64,000 nucleotides of DNA from Octopus vulgaris. Its lineage: Eukaryota. This document shows positions 37,877 to 51,650 of the stretch, one piece after another; the stretch's first letter is position 1; the number at the start of each line of letters is the position of its first letter. Made by a program: the position numbers and the translations under genes. Under the pieces are notes generated by a model, which did no database searches, was not told the DNA's origin, and worked only from the letters and a program-made list of their open reading frames with translations. The DNA lies in assembly GCA_951406725.2 (NCBI GenBank), contig OX597823.1:98828001-98892000 (forward strand), read 5' to 3'.

Positions 37877-40800
37877 GATGATGATGATGATGATTAAGGT
37901 GTCGAACTGGAAGAATCATTAGGAGTGTTGTTCTGAGTTCAAAGCCTGCTGAGGTCAACTTTGCCTTTCATTCTTTTTGGGTTGACAAAATAAGTACTAG
38001 TCATGAACCGTATTTAATAGTACCAATTAATCCACTGCCCTCAAAAACGTTGACTTTGTCCCTAAATTGGAAACCATTATAAAACACCCTGCCAAAAAAC
38101 CATCAGCCCATGCTGGCATAAAAGACTGAAACACTTAAGATGATAAGTACAGTAATAATGGTGTTGGGATAAGTACATAGCCCATGATTTTAAGTATTTC
38201 CTCCCTCTCTCTGTCTTTGCCTTCAAAATTTTAAAGTTCTAGAGTTTCATGCTCAAAAAGCAAAAACAACAACCCCACCATCTAAAAAAACACTCAAATC
38301 CTAAGTGCAATCCTATGACTGCATTTTCAAAAACTTTCAGATGCAACAGAATTTTACATCAGTGAATAGATCACATTTTTGAGTGCCAAAAACCTTGACA
38401 CCATTTTACAAATAGATGTGTAAGTGAAGTTAATGGTCTTTCTGAATGGTTAGCTTATGTTTTGAATTCTGCAACTGCAATAATTATTTTACCATTAATT
38501 TTTATTCTGTTCCAGGAAGGGCCGAAAGTTGTCTCTTTATTTGGCACTTCTTCTCAGCATTGTTACAGTCCTCCCACTCTATTTTGTTGGAAGCTTTGAA
38601 GCTCTTGCCACACTCCGTTTCTTTGCTGGTTCATCAGGAGCCAGTATTTTTATGGTTGCATTTATTCTTGGTGAGTTGATGACTACATTTCAGATAACTC
38701 CTTCCTAAAAACAATCCAGAACAAATACATCTACAGAAATCAATACATGTCCACCTAGATCAAACAATCAACATCCAAAAGAACACAAACACAGAAAACT
38801 GAGCCAACGCCTAGAAGTAAACCATTCTCTATCTAATAACAGGGACTTCTCATTAATTAGAAACACTAGAAGAAACCAACCTAGAGTTAGGAGTAATTTT
38901 TCTCCCCAGCAACTAGAAACATCCAAGAGACCCCCTTTACCCTCAACAAAGAAACTCAACCTACGGATATTCATCCTATTTACCCAGACAGCACAACTGG
39001 CTCCCCAGCATTCCAAGCATAATTAAGCACCCTAACAATTCATTCCAGTGAAGAAATCTTAACCACGTGCTCCCAACCAGTTTACCCAGGCAGCAACACC
39101 AACCTCCCAGGAATCCCAATATAATAAGTAATAATAATACTGATTTAATTAATTACAATAATAACACCAATTATAACTTCTACCAACCAAATTACAATAA
39201 ACATTTTTTAGACCAAGTGGAGAGAAACGGACACACGCTGGAACAAAATATACAGGAGAAACCCAAAGTAATTAACTTATCATAGAAAACTCTCTCTATA
39301 ACAAAATCTTCTTAAGAAAATACATATTCAAATAACTAAACCATAATATCATGAATAACGAAAACAAAACTGGTCGATATATTAAAAATTACATTAAAAC
39401 TATGTAAAATGTGTGTGTTTTCCTTTTTTAATTTCTTATATATACATATATATATATATAAATATATATATATATGCCCCTGGGAGCTCCTCTATGCTGA
39501 TGACCTTGCTCTAATTGCTGAGTCACTATCAGAACTGGAGGAGAAGTTTCAGGTGTGGAAGCAAGGATTAGAATCGAAGGACCTTAGAGTCAACTTGGCT
39601 AAAACCAAAGTCCTAATAAGTAGGAAAGCAGGCAAATCACAAACACCTTCAGGTAGATGGCCCTGCTCGATCTCTAGAAAAGGCGTAGGTAGAAACTCTA
39701 TAAGATGCACCAAGTGTAAGCTAGGGACACATAAGAGGTGCAGCAATGTCAAAGGAAGGCTTAACTAGGAAGATAGTTTTTGTATGTGGCAGATGCTCAG
39801 GAGCAATAAACACTGAAAATACGCAGAGATCAACTTCCGCCACATTCCAGGGAGAAAAACTAGAAATAGTTGATAGCTTCCGTTACCTAGGTGACCAAAG
39901 GCCTCTCGCTCAGAGTAAAAGGCAGACTGTATGACACATGTGTATGAACAGGCAGGCTGCATGGCAGTGAAACATGGGCCGTGACTGCTGAGGACATGTG
40001 TAAGCTCACAAGAAATGAAGCCAGTATGCTCAGATGTATGTGTAATGTCAGTGTTGGAAAAGTTGGACCTAAGAAACATCAGTTGTGGTGTGCAAGAGAC
40101 ACGTTTGCGCTAGTATGGTCATGTGGCGAGAATGGATGAAGATAGTTGTGTGAAAAAGTGCCACACCCTAGCGGTTGAGGGAACCTGTGGAAGAGGTAGA
40201 CCCAGGAAAACCTGGGACGAGGTGGTGAAGCACGACCTTCGAACTTTAGGTCTCACCGAGGAAATGACAAGAGACCGAGACCTATGGAAGTATGCTGTGT
40301 GTGAGAAGACCCGGCAGGACAAGTGAGACCATAACCTGTAGCCTCTACCTGGGATGTAGCCGGTCCACTTATGCATACCTTTTCCTTCTTGGGACACAAA
40401 ACTCTACTTGTTAAGACCTGTTCAGGCAAGTGAAAATCAGAATCAAAATCAAAATCAAAATCGATCAACATTAATGGAAATTGTAGCTGTGATACTAGTG
40501 TCGGTGGCACATCCGAAAGTGGCCGTTACCAGCGCCGCCCCGACTGGCCTCCATGCCAGTGGCACGTAAAAAGCACAATCCAATCGTGGCCGTTTGCCAG
40601 CCTCGTCTGGCACCTGTGCTGGTGGCACGTAAAAAGCACCCACTACACTCACGGAGTGATTGGTGTTAGGAAGGGCATCCAGCTGTAGAAACACTGCCAG
40701 ATCAGACTGGGCCTGGTGCAGCCTTCTGGCTTCCCAGACCCCAGTTGAACTGTCCAACCCATGCTAGCATGGAAAGCAGACACTAAACGATGATGATGAT

Positions 40801-43800
40801 GATGATGATGATGATGATATTGTTTATATTTCCCTTTCAAATGTTTACATGGAATTGACATTTTCATTGCAGACAGTTCATAGATTGTTAATTCATCGCT
40901 CTCTTTTACTTGTTTCAGTCATTAGACTGTTGTCATGCTGGGGCACAGCCATGAAGAGATTTTAGTCAAATGAATCTGTCCCAGGACTAATATTTTAAAA
41001 CCTGATACTTATTCTATCAGTCTTTTTTGCTGAAATACCAAGTTACAGGGGATGTAAACAAATCAACACTGGATGTCTAGCAGTGGTGGGGGACAAACAC
41101 ACACACACACAAACACACATATATATAAATAGATAGATAGATAGATAGATGTGTGTGTGTGTGTGTGTGTAATCAAAATAAGTAACAAGATGTTAAATAG
41201 TAATGCAGTACGACCTTTTCAAGTGGCTCCATTTAATTGAACAATGAAATCATTACATCAATTTAAATACAGAGCTATCTTCAGCTGCACAAATATGGAT
41301 TTTCAACAGATATATTAATATAATTTACTACTATCTAATTGACTCTTTCTAAAGTTGTTTCTTTTTCTTGGTGGTTGAAAGGTAGCTGTGACAGTATGAA
41401 ATTTATGACCAACAGCCAGCTATGAGCTGTCAAATCATTTTGCTCTTTATTCTAAATATATGCAGTCTTCTAGTCTTAGATTTTTTTGTTATAAATTGGA
41501 AATGAATTACAACTCTATGACCTCCACTGTGTTCCATGCCACTCTAAAAATTTGTAGTCTGTTCTTCTCTTAGCTATTCTTGCTACAATAGTGACAACAT
41601 GAAATTCTTCCATCCTCTTGGTCTGTTAAAATATTTAAGAAAAATTATATTAATATATCTTGTCTGTTGAAAACCCATATTTGTGCAGCTGTATTTAAAT
41701 TGATGTAATGATTGCATTGTTCAAATAAATGGAGCCACTTGAAACGGTCGTATTGCATTACTACTTGGCATTCTGTTACTTATTTTGATTTTATTCCCCT
41801 TTCAGCTGTGCAGATAATTCTGAACTGACTTGGTGCTTCAACTACCTAATTCAACTGAATCTTAATTACTTATAATATATATGCTATACAAGAAGACACT
41901 TGCCCAAGGTGCCATGCAGTTGAACTGAACCAAAAAACAATGTGATTAGGAAGAAAATTTCTTACCATACAGCCACGCCCGTTTCCAATTTTTCCAAGTC
42001 GTTCCATGCTTATTATTACAAGCCAACAAAATGCAATGAGCTGGCAGATATATTATCAAATTAGACAAAATACATAGTAGCAATTTTTTCTGCTTTGCCT
42101 TTCACTCTTTGTTGGGGAGGTCAACAAAAGTAATGGGTTGATGTAATTGATTAACCTCCTCCCTCTGAAACTGCTGCTGGACTTGTGTTCAAATTTGAAA
42201 CCATTATTACAAGCCAACAAGGGAGCTCTTACATGGTTGCTCTTCCTGCTAGAAATCTTAGCCAAATCTCCCTCAATTTACACTCTGTCATCTAAAAAGT
42301 ATGAAGGTCACATTAGACATTATACTTATTAATGTTCAAAAGGCATGATGGCTATGGTTGGCACACCTTTCATCATAGGTCTGTTTGGACAAGGTTGATA
42401 AAAATAAAGACAGAATTGTTTGAGCGTTTGAGACAATGCTTTACAGTATAGCTTTCAGCTTCATGTTCTGAGTTCAAATCTTACCAAGTACCAACCAAGT
42501 GTTGGAGCAATTACCTCCCCCCCCCCACATACTTATGTTGAAAGCAATGACTATAAAAAAAATTAAATTTAAAAACATTTGTTTTCTCCAGTATCAAAAT
42601 TATTCACAATATATTCTACCTTGTTGTACCTACAGGAAAACCTACAATTGAAGATATCCCAGCCATGACCATCCAAACATTTTCAGACTCACTGTACATT
42701 GGTGAACATTATCCAATGTGCTCCTTTTTTTTTTTTAAGTGAAAACATGTAAATGGAGGGAAATTTGGTTACAGTTTCTAGCTACCATCTATTCCTTAAT
42801 TCATCTAAATAACCTAGTATGCCAAAGTTTCTTCTATCACACCATTCCATGCAAACTTATTCATATTACCAACCTTTATATAGTTTTTGTCTTTCAATAT
42901 TCTAGCCAGAACCTAATTCTGGATTTAAAATGGTCATTTACTATTTCTATTAACATACTTGTTCTTACTTCATTGCAGCCATCGAGATAGTACCTCATTC
43001 TCACAGATCTCTGGTTGGTTTGTTCAGTCACATTGCATTTGCTACGGGTCAAATAGCAATGGCTGGAATTGCTTATTTGATTAGAGATTGGCATCTTCTG
43101 TGTCTGGCTGCATCTCTTATCTTTCTACCATTTTTCTTATATTGGTTGTAAGTTGACTTTGTTTATATCATTATTTTTTTTCCTTTTCACATTTGATAAA
43201 ATGAACAAATCTTTTATCTTTTACCTTTTTCTTGTTTCAGCCACTAGGCTGCGGCCATGCTGGGGCACAGACTTTGAAGAATCTTTTGGCTAACCCCAGT
43301 CCTTACTTTTTGTTAAGTCTGGTACTCATTCTATCTGTCTCTTTTGCTGAACTTCTAAGTTACAGGAATATAAACACACCAACGCTTACTGTTAGGTGGT
43401 TGTGGGAAACAAACACACACACATATACAACAAGCTTCTTTCAGTTTCTGTCAACCAAATCCACTCAGAAGGCTTTGGTTGGCCCAAGACTATAGTAGAA
43501 GACACTTGCCAAGGTCCCATACAGTGGGACTGAACTCTGAACCACATAGTTAAGCTTCTTACCACACAGTTATACCTGCTCCTTTGAAAGCTTATGATAA
43601 TTCAAGACAACATTTTGATGCAGTCTATAGCACATTTTCTGGCATACAAGTCGATATAGTATATATATTTCTTTACTGCTCACAAGGGGCTAAACATAGA
43701 GGGGACAAACAAGGACAGACAAAGGGATTAAGTCGATTACATCGACCCTAGTGCAAAACTGGTACTTTATTTATCGACCCCGAAAGGATGAAAGGCAAAG

Positions 43801-46800
43801 TCGACCTCGGCGGAATTTGAACTCAGAACGTAACAGCAGACGAAATACTGCTAAGCATTTTGCCTGGCGCACTAACGTTTCTGCCAGAATATAGTATATA
43901 GTGTAAACATGTAGTGTAAACATTCAAACATTATGACTATCTTTCCAAATCCTGCTGCATTTCACATAGAATATTTGGTTCTCCAAAGACATTTTGGTGT
44001 ATAAGTTAACCTACCTTTTCTGGGTGTGAAATTGAGTTGACTTCTTTAAACAGTTTGATGTCTCTGTAAATTCTAATAGATTCCTAATTTTAATTTCTTA
44101 CTCATTGATATATAGGGATTTACTCTTCATTGATAACATTTCAATAAAATATTCCATTTTTTTTATAGAGAAATTTGGTTTTGGTTACAGATTGCTGAAA
44201 ATCGTTATTTACAATGATAAGTGGACACATGAGGTGCATTTGTGATTACTTCAAAAGTCCAGTGTTTCTACAAAACTTGTGTATTCTCCACAATTTCTCT
44301 TGTGTAGCCCAGTTTGAAGACTGTTGCTGTAGGACCTAATTTCCAGTAAACTAAACTTAGAAAGAAAGCCAGAGGTACTTTGGCCAAATATGGAGTGTTG
44401 TGCCTGTGATCAGATAAGAAGAATCTACTAAGATGCAGGAAATGCTGTGTGGTAGGAAGCTTGCTTCCTAACCACATGGTCTTAAGTTCAATCCCACTAC
44501 ATGGTACTTTGGGCAATTATCTTGTTATAGCCCTGGGTCAATCAGTCTTGTGAGTAGATTTGGTTGGTGGAAACTGAAAAAAAGCCTGTCGTATACATAT
44601 GTGTGATCTTTGTGTTTGTCCCATTGCAATAGCGTAAGTGCCAAGCTTTAAGAAATTTAAATATAGGAGTTGATTTGTTCAATTAAACCCTTCAAGGTGG
44701 TGCCCCAGTATGGCTGCAGTCCAGTGAGTGAAACTAGTAGAAGATAAAAGGATATTCTTTATCCTCTGCAAATGTATCACTTTGAGAATCATAGACAGAC
44801 AAATGAATGCTTTTCTATATTTCTAAGATGAGGAATTATGTCCATTATTTACAATAGATGGATAGATGTCCTCACCTTGTTTGTTGTTACCAAATGAGCA
44901 CTCCATTAGTCAAGTAAAGGGTTGGGTTTGAAATTCCACCAGAACACCCGATGAAGGCTGGAGAGTACATCAGCCGAAATGCTGTGGTAACAACAAGCAA
45001 GGTGAGGACATCTATCCATCCATTGTAAATTATGTGAAGAATCCTTATTTGTCTATTCCTTTACTTTGGGGCAGGGGGTTTCAGTTACTGGACTGCAACC
45101 ACGTTGAAAAAACATTCTAATGTTGTTTACAAAAATTCTACAATGTCATTTTTAATTGTTAGACTAGATTTTTTTTTAAAAAGCCTTAAAAAGGAAAAGA
45201 AAGTTCTCAAAAGATCCAGCAAAACTCCAGAGGAATAAATAAGAAAAAGTGAATTTGTTTTGTCCTATACTTCAACTACTTGCTTTGAGAATAACTTCTT
45301 CCCACTACTATCAGAGGTCCTGAAAAATATGGGTCATGGGTTTTGTACTTTGTGTCATATAAACCCCTTGGAAATTCAGATAAGCTCACATCTTATGTGC
45401 CCATTGGTTCAAAGTAGACTTTAGACAGAGTAAGAAGGGCGATGTCAGTCTGTTGCTCATCTCACCAGCTGCTGCAAGACATCATTTTCAGTCAGGTGGA
45501 CCAACATGAAAGAAATTGCCTGGCTCAAGGAATCAATACATCATTCAGTTTGAGAATCAAACCTAGAATCTAAGATCATCAACTCCACTCTAACCTCTTG
45601 ATCACAGACCTTCTCTCCTCCACTCTAACCACTTCATCACAGACCTTCTCTCCTCCACTCTAACCACTTCATCACAGACCTTCTCTCCTCCACTCTAATA
45701 ACCACTTCATCACAGACCTTCTCTCCTCCACTCTAACCACTTCATCACAGACCTTCTCTCCTCCACTCTAACCACTTCATCACAGACCTTCTCTCCTCCC
45801 CTCTAACCACTTGATCACAGACCTTCTCTCCTCCACTCTAACCACTTCATCACAGACCTTCTCTCCTCCACTCTAACCACTTCATAACAGACCTTCTCTC
45901 CTCCACTCTAACCACTTCATCACAGACCTTCTCTCCTCCACTCTAACCACTTCATTACAGACCTTCTCTCCTCCACTCTAACCACTTCATCACAGACCTT
46001 CTCTCCTCCACTCTAACCACTTCATCACAGACCTTCTCTCCTCCACTCTAACCACTTCATCACAGACCTTCTCTCCTCCTCTCTAACCACTTCATCACAG
46101 ACCTTCTCTCCTCCACTCTAACCACTTCATCACAGACCTTCTCTCCTCCACTCTAACCACTTCATCACAGACCTTCTCTCCTCCACTCTAACCACTTCAT
46201 CACAGACCTTCTCTCCTCCACTCTAACCACTTCATCACAGACCTTCTCTCCTCCACTCTAACCACTTCATCACAGACCTTCTCTCCTCCCCTCTAACCAC
46301 TTCATCACAGACCTTCTCTCCTCCCCTCTAACCACTTCATCACAGACCTTCTTTCCTCCCCTCTAACCACTTCATCACAGACCTTCTCTCCTCCACTCTA
46401 ACCACTTCATCACAGACCTTCTCTCCTCCACTCTAACCACTTCATCACAGACCTTCTCTCCTCCACTCTAACCACTTCATCACAGACCTTCTCTCCTCCC
46501 CTCTAACCACTTCATCACAGACCTTCTCTCCTCCCCTCTAACCACTTCATCACAGACCTTCTCTCCTCCACTCTAACCACTTCATCACAGACCTTCTCTC
46601 CTCCACTCTAACCACTTCATCACAGACCTTCTCTCCTCCCCTCTATCAAAGCATTATGAAAATAACAACCAACTCTTAATAAATTATATTTTCCTTCTTT
46701 TCAGCATCATAGATGAATCACCAAGATGGTTAATTTCCAATAGTAAATTTGAGGAGGCAAAAGATATTTTTGAAAAGATTGCCAAAAGAAATAAGGCTGT

Positions 46801-47607
46801 ATTTACTCCTTCTTCCTTGCAGCAAAGTCAGGAAACAACATCTCAAACCACAGACCAAACAAAACCAACTCAAAAAGTCAGTCTTTTTCATTTGTTCAAA
46901 TCAAGAATTTTATTAATACGATGTGCAATAATTTCCTTCAACTGGTAAGTAATATTTTATTAAATTTTAAGTTTGAATTCAAGCTGAAACTTTACTAATT
47001 TTAACATTCTGTCAACCAGTGAGATATCTCTAACTTTAGACAGATTAGAAATTTCTCTTTATTTCTTGATTCTATAAAGGCAATAAGACTGGTAATCTCA
47101 TGATTACCAGTCATGATCATAAGATCATGGGTTCAATTCCTGTAAATGGAATTTGCAGATTCTCTGTTTATTTGAAGCAAGTTTCATAAAAGGATATTCT
47201 CCTAATGCAACTTTCAGAAACTGTCAGTAGAATTACTTTCCAAAGTAAATATGTGGAGCATCTTATCCTAACAGACCAAAATGCATATATATATACATAG
47301 GGGGTGGGGAGTAAGAAAAATCAACAAAATTGCACGTTGTAAATAAAAAAAGTGGAGGCTTTTTATGAAAGGTAACGACAGATATATACAATTAGATGAA
47401 CTGAGGTAAGAATAAAAGTAATAAAAGTCATAAAAGTCATTTATTATGAAATTATTAAAGAGATTCAAGCATACCGCAGTTTCGTAAGATACTATTCATT
47501 GCTTTTTACTTTTTTTATTTACAATGTGCATTTTCGTTGATTTTTCTTACTTTCCCCTTACATTTCCACGTGTAGTTTCTATTTTTTTTTTTGTAACATA
47601 TTTCTAT

Positions 47608-47645
<38 letters not shown>

Positions 47646-50600
47646 TAAACATGATTTACAAGTGTACGTGTGAATGTTTATATTCTGCATCATCAAATGA
47701 AAGCATAGAGCAAAAGCATGGTGACTTTGAATTGACATTTCCTGTCGACAAATCGTCCTCTATCTCTGTTTTCAAAGACAAATGGAATTAATGGAATAAA
47801 AAATAAACAGTTCCTTATTTAAAATAAGGCAAGGATTAGACACATGAAAGGTATCTAGCTTTAAAACAATGATTCAATAATAAATACTCAGCTAACCCAT
47901 GCTCACATGGAAAACAAACATAAAACAAATGGACTAATGAATTACACTTAAAGATGATTAGAGAATACGTGTACTTATTGCATCCATTTGCTATAAACAG
48001 GAATATTTTTCTAGTTAATATTTTAGTTTCTCATCATTTACAATTATATTTTGTTTTTCGGTTTTGTATCAAAAGTTGAAGAATATATTGAACTAGTTCA
48101 TTTTGCTTCTCTTTTACAGGATGGTTGTGAACATGGTTTTTTTTGGACTCCTCTTTGGTGTAGGAGAACTTGGCTTAAACATATATTTCAGTACATTTCT
48201 TTTTGCTGCTGTGGAGTTTCCAGCCTACATTTTCCTTTATTTCACTTTGGACAGATGGGGAAGGAAACCTCTTTATTGTTCATTAATCTTATTATGTGGA
48301 GTGGCATGTGCTTCATCATCATTTGTGTATGTTTGGGGAAAAGGTTTGTACTAAGTTTTTGCATCTGGTTTGCTAGATTCTTTGTGTGAATTCGTGTGTT
48401 GAAACAAATTTTATTGTGTCTAGAGAGAGTCATTATGCCAATATTATTAACACGCAGACTGGTTCAATTCTACTCCTTTATTATTAGTCAGTAGGTTAAA
48501 TATTAACTAACCAGTTAACTTATAATAGAGGAGTGGAAATGAACCTGTGCATGTGTTAATAATATTGGTACAATGACTCTCCCTAGACACAACAAAGTTT
48601 GTACTAAGCTTACACAGTTTAGCTTGTTTTGCAACCACATAGTTTCCAGGTTCAGTCTCACTGTGTGGCACCTTGAACTTTTGGACATATCCAAGTCAGA
48701 TTTGAAATGAAATGTGAAATATCTTCAGATCACTACGGGTTACAGGTTTTAGTTGTTACATTTCAGATTTGTTTGGTCTGACCATATTTCTGGCATTAAT
48801 AGGAAAATTTAGTGTCTCTGGAGCATCCACTGTTATTAGTAACATAGCATCAGAACTACTGCCCACGGTCATACGCAATACTGCTTTTGGTTTATGTTCC
48901 TGTCTTGGAAGACTGGGTGGAATGTCAGCCCCTTACATTACCCTCTTGGTAAGAAAGTTTTACGTGTTTTTTTGTTTGTTTTTTTATATATCACCCAAAT
49001 GAGTCTCTCTCCCCTGCAACTCAGTTTCCTAATTCCCTTCCCTCCACCCATTCACTGCATTCCCCACCCCATTATCTCCCACTTTCCTTTTGTACTGTCA
49101 AGAACTTACCTACCCACTCACCCTATCCAGTCCTCTGTACCACTTCACTCATATATACACCTCTGTAACTTGAGGCTGCACCCCAACACATCTTTACCAT
49201 CTCTCTCTCTCTCTCTCCTTTCCCATCCAATTTCATTGCTGTCAACCACCCGAATACTACACATCCCCTTACATTTTTTTTGTCACCCTTGGGGGTCATA
49301 AGAGATATTATACAGCCTGTATCCATGAGGGCTTTGAACGCCTTCCCCCAACCAGGATTTCAACAGGTACCTAAGATAATTAGCAAAGTATGGTACATGC
49401 TACGAAATCACTCACAAATGGCAGTTAGTTGTATTTTATTGTACTGCACTGTTTGTTTTGATCTCAGTTGTAAGAATTACACTTTTTTTTTAAAATCTTT
49501 TAGTCAAGGGTGTAGGTAATGCCCATGACCCATCATAGGGCCTCCAAACTAGAGGCACATGGCTTAGTGGTTAGGGTGTTGGACGCATGATCATAAGATT
49601 GTAGTTTTGATTCCTGAACCGAGTGACATGTTGTTCTTTGATCATTCCTTGATTGTTCTTGAGCAAAACACTTCATTTCATATTCCTCTAGTCCACTCAG
49701 CTGGCAAAAATGAGTGACCCCACGATGGTCAGCTTCCTAAGTCCAGAAGGGGATATCTGCACCACAGAAACTGGGAAACTGGCCCTTATCAGTCTAAATG
49801 ACTCAAGAAGGATCTTTACCTTTCAAAGTCTCTAAACTAGAGAAGCATGGAAGGAATGCATTCTCAAACTAGAAACTTGACCTGAATGCTTGCAAAAGAG
49901 TTAAGAGATAAGAGCCGGGTTGTGTTGTTAAACCAGGTGATGGGTTATGTGTGCTACCAACCTTATTTTACTGGTGACCTTAAGAAAGTTCAATACCCTG
50001 TTATTCCCACCATTAAGATTCTTAAATTTTGTCTTCCTTCTGATCTCGTCATTGGGAAACTGAATCCTCCATCCATTTGAATCTAACTTTCAGCTAAGGA
50101 ACTAGTATTTTGAAGTCAACAGAAACTGATGCAAACATAAGCATTTCATTCCTATAAAATATATTCTATTTCAGAGCAATTACATTCCTACTAAATTTGG
50201 TAAAAGTTTGCCACTTATTCTCTTTGGAGTAGCTGCTTTAATAGCAGGATTTCTTTCACTTGCTCTGCCTGAGACTCTAGGTGAAAATTTACCAGACACA
50301 ATTGAAGATGGAGAAAAATTTGGAAGGTAATTATAACGACAGGTAATACTGAAATCATCATCATCATCGTTTTTAGGCCTGCTTTTTCACACCGAGTTAC
50401 ACATGATGTTTTCGAGACAGTGTTTCCAGCCATGTGCTCCTTCTGATATCAACCCTTTTACTTGCTTTTCACAATACAGAGATATGTTACTTACTCTGTA
50501 CATCAAAATGCACAGAGTTTAACAAGTAATACTGAAAAATCTATTTTAAATTACAAAAATAAATTGTGAAAAATTTTATTTCATATTTCCAGTTTATGTG

Positions 50601-51606
50601 TTTTTATCTGTGAGGGTGCATGGTCATGAGATTGGTTTCAATTCCTAGACTGGGTGGTGTGTTGTGTTCTTAAGCAAAACACTTTATCTCACATTGTTCT
50701 GTGATCACTTCGACACCTGATGGATTGTACACCATGCACCAGTTCACAGAAATTCAAAGAAGCCCACCATGCTATAAACAAACCATTTGTGCCAGTCGTT
50801 CAGCAAAAGTTGAACACTTAGATATTGTCTTCGATGCGAGAGTTCATCATGCTTATATCACACGATGGATAATTCCATAGAGATTTCTAAAATATTTTTT
50901 CTTCTTCATTAAAACAATAAGCAATTGATATTCCCAAAACAGATACAGTAGTTGTGTTTCGAATACTTTCGATGTAAGGTATGCTCAGTCAGGACTGACT
51001 GGACCAAAACAACACCATCACATGAATAAACAGGGATTCTACATAGGGATTTAACAATTAACTGATTGTTTTGGCCCCTCACAAATTAACCCTCGGGAGT
51101 GATGGATTTTTATTTTTTTTTTACTTATTTTGTTTGATAAATATTATGATATAAATAATTATGCTGATGATGTTCCACTATTTCTGTCAACTAAGCCAAC
51201 AAACTTTAAATCTCTTTGATTAGAACACAACATGGTTGACATGAAACATTGCTGTGATAGGACACAGCCAGAGTTTCTACACGTTGTATGTTTGTGAGCT
51301 TGGATGAATTAGCGTCCTATATCATCATCATCATCATCATCATCACCATCATCATTTTAACATCTACTTTTCCATGCATGGATCCAACAAGACTTCTTTG
51401 AATCAGAATTCTTGATTGCTCAATGCCTCTTATGATGCCAACACTACCCTGTTTCCAAACAAGGTGATATTTCCCCCATGGCAGTATATGACAGTTTGAA
51501 TAACAGTGATACAAGGACATGTGTGCACACACACACACACTCTGTGTGTGTGTATATGCATGTATGTATGTATGTATGTATGTATGTATGTATGTATGTA
51601 TGTATG

Positions 51607-51650
<44 letters not shown>

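Noticed and set aside
45583-46644. Regular 35-bp repeat array resembling a CRISPR array
   Set aside because: Units are directly adjacent with no unique spacers, there are no cas genes, and the context is a eukaryotic intron; it is a minisatellite.
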